Origin: Auanema rhodensis
Taxonomy: Eukaryota > Animalia > Nematoda
Assembly (NCBI GenBank): GCA_964057225.1
Contig: OZ059898.1
Span: forward strand, 6,882,001-6,946,000
Reading direction: 5' to 3'
Length of the DNA stretch: 64,000 nt
The translations under genes and the position numbers were made by a program. Position 1 is the stretch's first letter, and each line of letters opens with the position of its first letter. A model generated the notes under the pieces. It was not told the origin of the DNA, ran no database searches, and saw only the letters and a list, made by a program, of their open reading frames with translations. Of the stretch, positions 47,191 through 58,722 are shown piece after piece.

Positions 47191-48916
47191 AAATGCTCAC
47201 GTTTTCAAAACTTATGTAAACTCACTACGATTTTTTTCTATGGATTATTTATAATTGAATTTTTGAAAAAAAAATGAAACTAGCTTTGTAAATCTCCAAT
47301 GCTACTTTGCGTGAACATTACGGCTGTCTTATTGTCAAAATATCACGCACATTGAGCGGTTGCTTTCTCCTTTTTCTTAATTAAGTAGGAAGTTGATATT
47401 TGTTTCAAATATCAACATTCATGCTTTCAAGTTGTTCTATTTTTACAACGTAAACATTATGCTTGGTTATGTGTTTTGTTGCTTCTTTCTTGAAATAGTG
47501 TCAGCTTGGGTATTTCATCTAACTTCGTTATCTGACAATGTGTAAGACACTCGTGTATTCTGCTCAACTCTGCTTACTTAAACTAACACATTTCTTGAGA
47601 CCAAAAAGCTATTTCATTCCCTTCATGTGTTTAGTTGAAATCTATTGCTTTCTTATTGAATTTCCTAAAAGTTTTGACACATCGATTAATAATTTCTATT
47701 TTATTCTGTATTATGGTCCCTACTACTGATCCTTTGATTTCATTACTTGTTCGTCAACAATTTCTATAAATAATGTTACAATCTTATAATTACTAGAATT
47801 GCGTTATTGATCTAAATCAATTTCTAAGCTATTTGCTCTATATCATTACTTAATGTAGTATATGACGGAAATTCTGGAAGCTTCCAATTTCCATAGTTCG
47901 AGCAATAATCTAATTTTTCAAAATTTGAGAAATACAGATTTCATCTGATTTTATTTATTTTACAGTTTATGATTATAGTATTAACACTATATGTACTTTT
48001 AATATTTAATTAAGTAAGTGTATTACTTGTTAGGTTCGGGAATGTAATTCTGTACTTCTAATTTACACCTAATTTATGAGTTTCAACACTTTTTCCTTAA
48101 ATAAAAGCGGAAAGTCTAAGCAGTGGTTGTTTTTTTTATTCAATCATTTCCTTATCAAGACTTCAGTATTTTAGACGATTATAACAAACATTCTCTATTT
48201 TTCTGCTATATCATTTGATGTTTGACTAGTCAACCACAACAAAGCTCAACTAAGAATATCATGAGTTACAATGTAATTCGTTGGCATCAGAGCAAACTCT
48301 ATAGCGTCATTCCCTAATCCTCTACAGTTCGGTTGTAATCTGACTGACTAGTTTTGTGTGATATGTCTGCCATTAGACTAAACTTTCATTTCTACTTTTA
48401 ACATTATTTCATTGTTTAAATGTCTTTTCCATATTCTTAATAAATCTCCAAATGTTTGGTGTTATCCGAAGTCATTTATCTTGAATCTTCTTAGAAAGTC
48501 CTTGTTTTTTAGCACTTCAAAGAATTGTATATATGCATATATTTTTCTTGAAGAATGAATTACTATTAACAATGCATGAAATTGATAGTTTTTGAGTTTC
48601 CGAGTTTTTCCCATCTTTCCGATTTGCCAATTACTTCTTATTTCCTCACCCCCAACGAAGTTTACAGCTGCATCCGTTCAATTATGGATCAAACGTTTGA
48701 TGAAGTCCTCACTGAATAGAGAATCGTCATGAGTGAGACATCATAGGAAATGAGCTCATTAGTTCAGTTTTCGTTCGATCTGTACTATAATAAAGGACAG
48801 CAGGTCTGACGGCGGCTCATGCGTCTTTTCTTGAATCTTTCGCACTTTTTCGATTTCTTTTCGAGGATTTCTTCCCATTCTAAATTTATGATACCCTCGT
48901 CATCGATACTTATTTC

Positions 48917-48976
48917 TATATATATATATATATATATCTCACCGTTTCTCTTAATCTCTTTCCACGCACCCACACA

Positions 48977-49049
<73 letters not shown>
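48917..49049. repeat. Two (TA)n microsatellites
   Basis: 48917-48937 and 48980-49049. Confidence 0.95.
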
Positions 49050-49053
<4 letters not shown>

Positions 49054-49782
49054 TTCGTATCTTTCTATCTTTACGAAGAGATTTTCAAGATCTATTGTTT
49101 TTTCTTTAAATTTGATAATAGCTACGACTCGTTTTACACTGACTAAACTCGGTTTGTCTAAGAAATATCAAACTGGGACATTCCCAGCTTTGTTTTCTTG
49201 ATAAATGCAAATATGAATAACTTATTTCAATTGTTTTATTTTCAATGGCAATTAACAAGAAATCAACATAATTCTTTTAAAAATTAATTTTTGTTCGAAA
49301 TATTTCTCACAGTTTCATATTAGCAAAATTGAGTTGAAGCTCAAGGTTTCCTAGGCAACTGTGCTTCTTCTTCTTCTTTTGTCGATGATTTATTTGCTTC
49401 ACCATTCTAAAAAAAACGTGCCGTTCCTATCTTGCTTTTCTTGATCAACTATGAATTGTGTGTACACTTTTACTCTTCGTTCTACGGAATCTGTTCAGAC
49501 TATTTGATTTATCTTTTATCTAAGAAACTTTAAAAAGGCTAGAATGATTTCTTCATTCTATACAATAAATCAAATTACAGAAAATATAATTATAATTAAC
49601 TCAAATTTATACATTTTAAGTGTTTTAATAATCTGTTGTGTTATTTTTTTAATCATTCATACTTTGACTCGTATATTTGCTTACTGATAAGATTGTAATT
49701 GTACTGATGAATTTCTTCCCTATATTAAAAAAACTTTTCGTTGATTCTTAGCTTTTATTTATTTTGATTGTTTCAGTCAAAT

Positions 49783-50683
49783 ATGGAAGACATAGAGAAC
49801 GATGTACGTGTTGAAGCCACAAATATTAGTAGAGTGAAGACTAAAGATGAACTCCCTAATTCTATTATCGTTACACAAGTTCCCGACGAGGTTGGTATTA
49901 ATTTAAATTTTTTTCGTTTAATACCATTTATCTCGTAATTTTAAGCGCTATATAGATTTAGTATTCGCTTAGTTTGGTAATGCTTCACATTCACTTTACA
50001 GGTCTTCTTGGACCCAGCTCAGAGGGAAAATTTTTCACAGCTTTTTACACAAATAGAAGAGAATATTCATTTTGATTTTCTTAAAAGCTTTCGCAGAGTA
50101 CGGGTCATTTTTAGGTATGTTTTAGTGAATGATAATTGATTAATAATATATTTTATTTAAGCACCCCAGAAAATGCTACAGCTGCAAAACTTATAGTTCA
50201 AGGATTTTCTTTTAATGGACATCAAATGAAAGCATTTTTTGCACAGGTCTTTCTTTATTTGACTCGAATTTTAAATAAATTTTATAATTTCAGAAAGTTT
50301 TACTTCATAATTCCTCCCCTCTGTTACTCTCTCCACCTCCTCTAGAAAAACAGTTTCTCATATCCCCACCATGCTCACCACCCGTTGGATGGGAACAAAC
50401 AAAAGTTTGTCACTTTTAAAACTCTTCAAGCATCTTCATATTTACAGGAAATGCCTCCTGTTGTTTGTAATTTTGATCTCATGTCTCGACTAGCATCATT
50501 TGCACTTGATGAGAAGTAAATTTAATCACATATGTAGCTAAATCAATTAATATTTTCAGATATGAAGTTCATAATGGAGATGACCAAACACCTACTATTG
50601 TTGTATATCCTTGTGAAACACCCATAGAAGCCCCAAGTAAAATAGAAATGCCTAAAACACCTAGACCTCCAGAGGCGAATTGA
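49783..50683 (+). CDS. rcan-1: Regulator of calcineurin (calcipressin)
   Basis: TTTCAG acceptor 6 nt before ATG; RRM-like LKSFRRVRVIF; signature EKQFLISPPCSPPVGW; PxIxIT-like PTIVVYPCE; end MPKTPRPPEAN*. Confidence 0.95.
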
Positions 50684-50907
50684 TAATTAAATCATTTATT
50701 GAAGAATTAGTATTCACTTTGTATAAAACCCGCGAACACTCCTTATAGTGCTCACTTAAATACAAGCGAAATCATTAGTCAATTTTTCAACCCAAATAAA
50801 TATTTGCCACTTCAAACATAAAAAGGAAACAAGGTTAAATCCAATAAATACACATTTGATATCCCGCATATTTTGTTAAAGAAGTTATTTATGAATGATT
50901 CTTCTTA

Positions 50908-52356
50908 TTATACCATTTCAAAATCTTTCTTGGCAATTAATGGTGTATGGCCATAGAAATAACGTCCAACGAAATGTCTCATTTTAGTATTCCAACTCTC
51001 TCGGTTTTTACTGAATTTACAAAAAATAGTATATATACAGGAACTAATTGATTGATACCTGTACAGATTCAGATATATAGCAAGTAAGATGACGAGACCA
51101 GCCCAAACATAGTCAACACTGAAGGGTTTCGAGAAAAGAATAAAGGAAAGGATTATAGTGACAGCTTTACGTAATGTAGTAACAGTTACAGCAACCAAAG
51201 CCCCGCTAACCTTAAAAAATACATATATATATATATATATAAAGTAGGAATTCAGAAACTATAACATACTTTTATTAATGTTAAAACAATATTTACACCC
51301 AAGTATCCCAGAAGGCCAAAAATAATGCCATATCCATAAGTTTTCCATGGATTCTTCAAATTGAAACTTTGCAAAGAAACGATAATTCACCAACCTGCCA
51401 GAAAAATATGAATGAATCAACAAGCTCTCCAGAGAAAATAATATAAGCAAGTAAATATAATGATCCAATTGAATATGAATATAAAACCTTCAAATTAAGC
51501 CAAATATATTACAAGAAAAAGAAAAGAAAAACGTACTACTTCCTGACTAGAACCCCCGTATTTTTTCATATTCTTTTCCTGAATATTTCCGATCACGGCG
51601 TCAGCTAACAAAGCGCCAGATATCATGATGTATCCTTGCGGCTCAAAGTTAGGCGACACTTGACTATCAGCCAAAGTGAACATGATCAAACCTTAAACGA
51701 ATTCCAATAATTTAGCAATTCAAAATTATGTATTACCTAAGCTCATTAAAACTGCAGAAAAAATATCTAAGAACCCATATCGTTTTCCCTGTATAATTAT
51801 TCCTCCAATAAGGACAGGTATCAACTTACAACATTTAAATATAACCTTAAACAGGATTCGTGACTGGAAGCAAAGATCAAAAAACCTGAGTAGGATAATT
51901 GAGATACCCAACAGAAGCATTTGATAACCCCATGGTAGCAACAGTGAAAAAGGCAATAAGACAATAAATTTTCATCGGAATTCTGGAGCAACCATATTTT
52001 CTCTTTAAACAATGAGTTTCAAAATATACCTCCGAGTTCTATCATGCCAAATTAAACATTCACAGTAGCCCAAACTACTATATACCATAAATTGTATCAA
52101 AGTTAAATACCATCCAAACGGTTTCATACCGGGAAGTTTGAATATAAGTTCCTGTTCAAGTAACATATGAAAAAATCAGAAAACAACTCAAAGCACACCT
52201 GCATACAGCCATATCCTATATAGAATACGAAAATGGCAAAAGTTAACGAAAGAAACTGTACATATTTAGGTCTATAATCGGCATAAGAAGAAGTTTAGCG
52301 AAACAGCCCTACTTTTGTGTTAAGTTAAAGCCCAGCAAGTGCACTTCATTTGACAT
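50908..52356 (-). CDS. pst-2: PAPS transporter 2 (SLC35B3)
   Basis: [29 protein letters not shown]; [30 protein letters not shown]; [14 protein letters not shown]; [16 protein letters not shown]. Confidence 0.93.
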
Positions 52357-52495
52357 TCCTCCCAGCAGATACAAAGCTTGGTAGTTCTGTATTATCTGTA
52401 TATTACGTTGGATTTTTCATGTTGTATATGTATAGGTTACAACCAAAAAAACGAACAAGCATTGAACAGAAAACAACTTCATTGTAACAAAACAA

Positions 52496-53112
52496 TTACT
52501 TCTTAGAATTGAAGTACTCTTGGAGAACGGCCTTTCCCTGTTCCTCAGTTCCGAAGTCCTTGACAACGGCACAGGAGCAGCCAACGACCTTTCTAGCTTT
52601 TCCCTCCTTATCGTACTTGCAGAGACCGCACCATTCACCGATGATCTTCTTATCGGCTACCTTGATGAGCGGGATGTTGTGCTCGTTGCACAAAGCCTCG
52701 ACGAGGTTGACGTACATTTGCTCGTCGCAGTTCTCAGCGAGAACGCAGAAGTGAGCCTCACGCCTAAAATGCAATACTATAACAAAGGTTTTAAAATTCA
52801 AAATGAGTGTTGGCTTCCTTTGGCACCTGCCCTACTAAAAACATAGAGAGATGTGGCAAGTCGGTCAATGATGTCGCACCCGACAGGTAGTCGTACAAAC
52901 ATATATATTTTATACAACTGTTTATGAGTGCCAGAAAAAATGAAAAAAACTTACTTGTCAAGAGCTTTGCAAGCAGCATGGAGTCCCTTAGCGAGTCCGT
53001 CAGCGAAGTGAGCGGATCTCAAAACAGCCTTCAAGGCTTGTTGGACATCCATCTGGGCTGGTGCAGCAGCAGCGGGGGCAACCTGCACTTCATCTCCTCC
53101 AGCATCGGCCAT
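52496..53112 (-). CDS. rps-12: 40S ribosomal protein S12 (eS12), two exons
   Basis: MADAGGD...[29 protein letters not shown]...[30 protein letters not shown]. Intron 52764-52954. Confidence 0.97.
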
Positions 53113-53339
53113 TATTGCTAGATTCCTAGATGAGTCTGAACTGTAATAGGAAAATTTAATATATGGCTAAAAACAAAAAAACATTTTCCACAACATAAAA
53201 AAACAATAAGTGCTTCTCAATCTTATTTAACAAGGCAAACAATGATAGAATAAAATTATTGTATGTTAAACTTCAATAGCTAGAGAGCCGTCAGACCCAA
53301 AATTTTCCATGTCACTACGTATCGCTACGATTCGCAGCT

Positions 53340-53371
53340 GACGCGCAGTTTGAACAGCACAAATGCGGGAA
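53340..53371 (+). promoter_or_regulatory. CDE/CHR-like (ACGCGCAG-TTTGAA) and E2F-like (GCGGGAA) sites
   Basis: TTTGAA at 53349-53354 preceded by CGCG, and GCGGGAA at 53365-53371, in the promoter shared by rps-12 and the divergent gene. Confidence 0.45.
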
Positions 53372-53508
53372 CAATAAAATTTTAAAAAGTATTCTATCTA
53401 ACGGTAGTCTCGTATTATTGTAAAAGCTGTTGCTTCTTATTTTTTTTCAATTTAAGTTTGCTTATTTCTAATCTATAATATATAACATATAATGATGTAT
53501 CGTTTAGT

Positions 53509-54899
53509 ATGGTTGTGGGAGGCATTACCATTAGTTCTAAGAACTTAAATGATCCCGAGAAAATGTCTTGTGCTGTTCTTTCTACCCACTTGAAAGACTT
53601 GATTGAGGAACCTTTGGTTTGCAAAATGGGGAACCAAATGACAGCAAATGAATATAAAGTACTATATATTATTTATATATACATATATATTTAAAGTTCA
53701 CGTTTTCAAGAGTCTCGTAAGGTTGGAAATCGAACAACGAATTGTTTTCTGTTCCTTCGTAGAGAAATTATTGGAAGACTATATTGAAAATACGGAGAGA
53801 AAAGTAATAATTTTTTTTCTTAATATAAAGTCGTATCCTTTTTTTTGATAGAATCATGATCTTCGTGATAAGGTAGATGCTTGTGAGGTGCTGAGAAAAC
53901 ATGCAGAAGGCATAAATGCTCTACGAGAAAAGTTCATGAGTACGTTGAATGAGCTTCAATTTTTTATACAGTGATGACTTTAGATACTAGGAAACAGGTG
54001 CTATCGGGCGATTTCTCAATACTTAAAGTTGGAAACAACGGTTATTTGTTAAGGAAATGAGTATATTAATTGTTTTTTTTTCAAATTTTAGATATAGGAA
54101 TTGCAAATGAAGTCCAATCAGAAGAACCCGAAGATCTTCCCAAGTCGAATCCACTTCCTATCCAGGAGGCATTGCATTTAAAACGTATGAGTATTACGGT
54201 GTAACTAAGTTAAGTTTCTTCACTTTCAGGACCGGTTTTCACATCTGCTTATGGCCGCGGAATTCAAGCTGAAAGAGAATCTCTTGCTTTGGCTAAATTA
54301 AGGTAAATTTTGAATGTGACAGTATATACTTATTTTCTTTATAGCTTGAATGAGAAAGTGGTGCCGACTGTTCCAAATATTAAATTGGATGAAGAGCCGG
54401 AAGGAGATCAATTTATGTTCTCAAACATGGCTGATGATGGAGATACTAATTTTTTGGAAACTGAAATTGAGACATCGAATTCTCGTCCGTCTCTTGTTTC
54501 GAGCCTCGATGGTTCTATTACGGTACATGAATCGTCACCTTTCAGTAAACAGAGAGGTTTGTGTATGAGTTTTGCACCATATATATAATTATTAAATTGA
54601 AGGAGTCTTCTATTATTCGCCTGTTGTTGGCAAATCACCACCACCAGCTCCTAATTTTGATGATTCTGAGGATTTCTCGGATCAAAATCAAATTCCTGTC
54701 TACGATTTCAGGAGTGCTACAAAGAAAACTGAAGTCTGTTTTGTTCCAACTATTGAAGTAAATGCTTTGCTTTCAGCCTAGAGTGGAAGATAATGAAACC
54801 AGAACACCTTTCGGAGTTAAAGAGTTTGCTAGCAGCGGATTATATGTTCAGCGTCCTAAGTTTTCATCTACATATGGCCAACAGTTCAACAAATGTTGA
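53509..54899 (+). CDS. Uncharacterised protein with helical N-terminus and S/T-P-rich disordered C-terminus (possible SKA3 kinetochore subunit, by synteny only)
   Basis: Phase-consistent exons from the ATG after a GTTTAG acceptor to TGA at 54897-54899; several SP/TP sites (HESSPF, YYSPV, KSPPP, RTPF). Confidence 0.65.
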
Positions 54900-55185
54900 A
54901 GTGAAACAATGAGTTTCATTTTTTCAAATTGTTCTGTTATTTGTGTAAATAATATCATAATAATTAACTTTGATAGTTTGATTTTTCCTAAAATTATAAA
55001 TTCTTTGTGTGATCGAAACCTTTTTTTTTATCTTTAACCAACAGTGATGGAAAAAACCAAAGAATTACATTAATAAATTCGATTGGCCATTTTATCAGTA
55101 TAAATATATAACCGATTTCTTCTTTGTTGAGGAATTTTGAAAATCTTACACAGTGCTATTAGTCAATAATCAATTGAACTCGGCT

Positions 55186-56712
55186 ATGCTTACTGAGAGA
55201 ACGAGGGATATGATGTCTGAGGAAGCTAGTATGATGCGGGTCCTTCAGCTCGATAGGCGTCTTTTAGGACATCGATTGATTAAAGTAGGAATCGAAAAAA
55301 ATTTACTTTTCCTACAGGTTATTTCATACTTTGTTTATGCAATTAAATTGAACCATCTTTCTTATAGCCGTCTTTGGATAAATGCGTTCAGATTTGGAGT
55401 GTTAATACCTTGTATCCTTCGAGTTGGGAATGTATATTCAACTTGAATGTTTCTGAACTTCTATATACAATTCCAGCCTGTTCATACTACGAACAATGTA
55501 TTTATATTCTTATAGTAGCTGTGTTTGTAAGTGCTATACCATATATTTTATATTCTCAATTTATTAATTAGAAAGAGGAAGAATGGCCTAGAATATCTAT
55601 TTTTCAAATTGATAAGAAAACAGAAGAAGTTAAAGAATTCAGGTATAATTAAGTTTTCTTCAAAAAAAGAATGTAATACATATAGATTACACGAATCCTC
55701 AGGCACAACGTTTGAAGATGTGCCCTTAGAATCTGCAGTTATGGTTTGTGGCAAAGATAAGCTTTATTTGTATGACAGAAGTATGGTTATGGGTGCAATT
55801 CCTTTTTGGGATTTGATCTGCGTTGATGTGAGTTTCTTCCATAATGTGCTCAAAAACAGTAATTTCAGGAGCATTTTACGATTTCTCGCCATGACATTAC
55901 TGATGAGGATAACGAAAAATGTAGCAGATTCCCTATTGCAATTCAGCCTGGTTTGTAGTTTAATATCGATTCAATTTAAATATATTATTAATAATAGTTT
56001 TTAATTTATTAAAACATTTACAATATCAGAACTTGGTGTGTTTGCGCGGTGGCGAGATAATCATACATTAGCTGTGCATTATAATGGAAAATGGGCAAAT
56101 TATCTCCCTTGTTCTACTACAACTGTTGATGTTAGTTCTAAATATCGGAATATGTTCATAGTTGATTATTATAGTTATCACATCTTAGTACTAGGGGCTT
56201 ACATGAAACGTATGGTAGAGCTGGACATCGAATGGGTGCCATCGAATCTCCTTTAACTTTTTATTCTGACGGAAATACTACAATAGCTAAAGTCACTAGA
56301 GATCATAGACATTTTTATTTCGAAATATCCCTAAGTATGTTTCAAATTCTAAATTGTTTTGTTATTTTCATGATATAGATCATGAACTGCAAACATTTAC
56401 TGTTTCTTGCCGCGGGTCCGCAATGTATTCAGCAGGGCTTGACAGAATGTTTTATGCCATGGTTACTAACAAGATAATAGCTATTATTGGTATTCGTGGG
56501 ATTGCAATCAATTTTTTGAATGTAATGCTGCAGTTAAGTTATCTTAATTAGTTTTTTTCATTTAGCCCCCATCTCTTGCTGATATTTCTACTTGGTCTAT
56601 ACAACAGAAACATACCAAACGAGATGGTACAGGTGCACACTCTGGTGGATTAAATTGGGATGATATATGGGAGATGTGCAATAATATAAGAAAATCTAAA
56701 TGTATTTCTTAG
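55186..56712 (+). CDS. Uncharacterised beta-rich (propeller-like) protein with C-terminal BC-box-like motif
   Basis: About 9 phase-consistent exons rich in short beta strands (CVQIWSV, KLYLYDR, TLAVHYNGKW). Last exon PPSLADISTWSIQQ...KCIS*. Confidence 0.75.
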
Positions 56713-57228
56713 CCATGTTGTAAAAGTTGAAGTTTTTGTATTAAATTTGAAATATATATGAATGAATAATTGATGAAACACTTATGTCTAACTTTTATTG
56801 TTAGAATTGATAAAATATAAAGTATATTTTTGATAATATTATTTAATAAAATGAGTAAACTATTCATATAAATTTGTTGAAAGAAAGAAAGAATTATATA
56901 TAAATATATATATAGTGATTGTCCAAGTTTCAATACTTCAGTTGCTCATAACATAATAATAATTGGCAACCTGGGAATTGTACCTGATTTCTTAAATGTT
57001 GATTTGAAATAAAAATAATGTTGTATCATTTCTTTTTCTTTGTTCAATTTTCTTCCATCATATATACTTGATATATCATTAATAATATTTTCATTATATT
57101 TTAAAATGATTTATTATCAACTTACTTAATGAACTTTCGTTAAGATAATTATTATAATTAAGGTTTTAATTAGTTGCCTATGATGGTCACATTGAATTAT
57201 GCTGTAGGCATGTTTAATAAAGCATATT

Positions 57229-58722
57229 TCATTGATCCAACTCAGAGAACAAAAGTTCTTGCCCAGGTGCCACAGGATGTTCCGGTACGTGTTCGCATTT
57301 GAATGTTAGTGGGTTCGGACGGAATGGGAAACAACAACAACGGCAAACTTTTTCGATTCTGTGCTTCAATCCCTTCGAAGTCACACTTCGAATTTTTCTT
57401 AAATATGTCTGTATTCAGGTTTTCAGCACAAACGAAACCTTGTTTGAGGTAAACAGCTGTACCATTTCAATGTTTCAACGTGTGTTCTAAATGCTGGCTC
57501 AACAGAAGACAAATCTACTCTGGAAGCTGGCCAAAGTACACACTCTCCTCCATTTTCCTAGAGTGTTTATGCTTATAATTGAAATTTTTGTTGTCTTGTA
57601 ATGTCAAACCTTCACAATATCGTAGTCAACTACACATGAATCCACTTGGCTATCGCCTCCTAGATCTCTAGCTGAACAAACTCGTTCAGCTACATAAAAT
57701 GGAATTATAGGACGTCCACCTTCAACTCTAAATTTTTTAAAAATATCGGATTATGTGAAAGATAATGATACGTAAATGGACTAGTGTTGCACTTCTTAGC
57801 ACCACCAAAACCGCAACTTTGTTTGTAAGAGCACAATCCACATGGTTTTTCAGATTTGAGAATAAACTGCATATATTCATAGAAATTGTTCAAAGCCTAA
57901 AAAATTAATTATATTAGCTATAATTAGGTTTTACCTTTTCATATCGATTAACAAATACATAAAACCAATGATGTTTACAAACATTTGAAACTTGCTCTAA
58001 GTATCGTGCCTAAGTTTTAATTTAAAACAATTCTTCGCATATTTTATTTTGAGAAACCTGTCCATTTTTTTCGGGCCAAACACATGGTCCCCAACTACTC
58101 CAATTACTGCATTCAGAAGTTCGTACTGCGTTGGAATACACAGCAGCAAGTTGTGCTTGTGCTGTAAGAAATACTAATAGCTGATTAATATAAAATTATT
58201 TAATTCATTCAAGAAAGAACAAAGCTTAATGCTTTTCTTTACTATTCATACGAAGGACACTGTGTCAAGGGCGAATCTTATCATAAGAACCAAAACGATT
58301 TAAGATTAATATTTCAACCATTCCTAACCTATGTTAGATATTTAACAATTTTGCTCAAAAAAATAGGTTTAAATCTTAATTAAGAAATGAGAAAACTGAA
58401 GGATTCAAAGTTTTACTAATAAAGTATGCCACTTGTGGATACAGAAGTGCTTCATTCTCTAAGAATAGAACTTGTTGAGTTTTGAAAATAAGTTGGATAT
58501 TCACAGATAATATGTTTTTACTATATTACAAGTACAATATCATATAGTTAGAAAGTTCAAAAATAATTGTATTTGTTTATTTAATTCGATACATTACATT
58601 CCGAAAAGGAAATAAAGAATAACGTTTTAAGGGAAAAAATCGAAAAAAAAAACTATTTAGTTTCAAATAAGAAATGACCTACCAATCGAAGATATACATA
58701 GAACGATTATAATACTTAACAT
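57229..58722 (-). CDS. Nematode-specific secreted cysteine-rich protein
   Basis: Signal peptide [16 protein letters not shown]; [13 protein letters not shown]; [12 protein letters not shown]; [19 protein letters not shown]; TGA at 57229. Confidence 0.85.

Noticed and set aside
48359-48369. TGATATGTCTG matching the 5' end of mir-50
   Set aside because: Only 11 nt match and it does not lie in an arm of a pre-miRNA hairpin.
48819-49109. ORFs with IYIYIY or SLSLSL runs (also 38027-38254)
   Set aside because: Translations of (TA)n and (CT)n microsatellites.
52417-53121. Several overlapping or antisense ORFs over rps-12
   Set aside because: Shadow ORFs caused by the GC-rich biased codon usage of a highly expressed gene.
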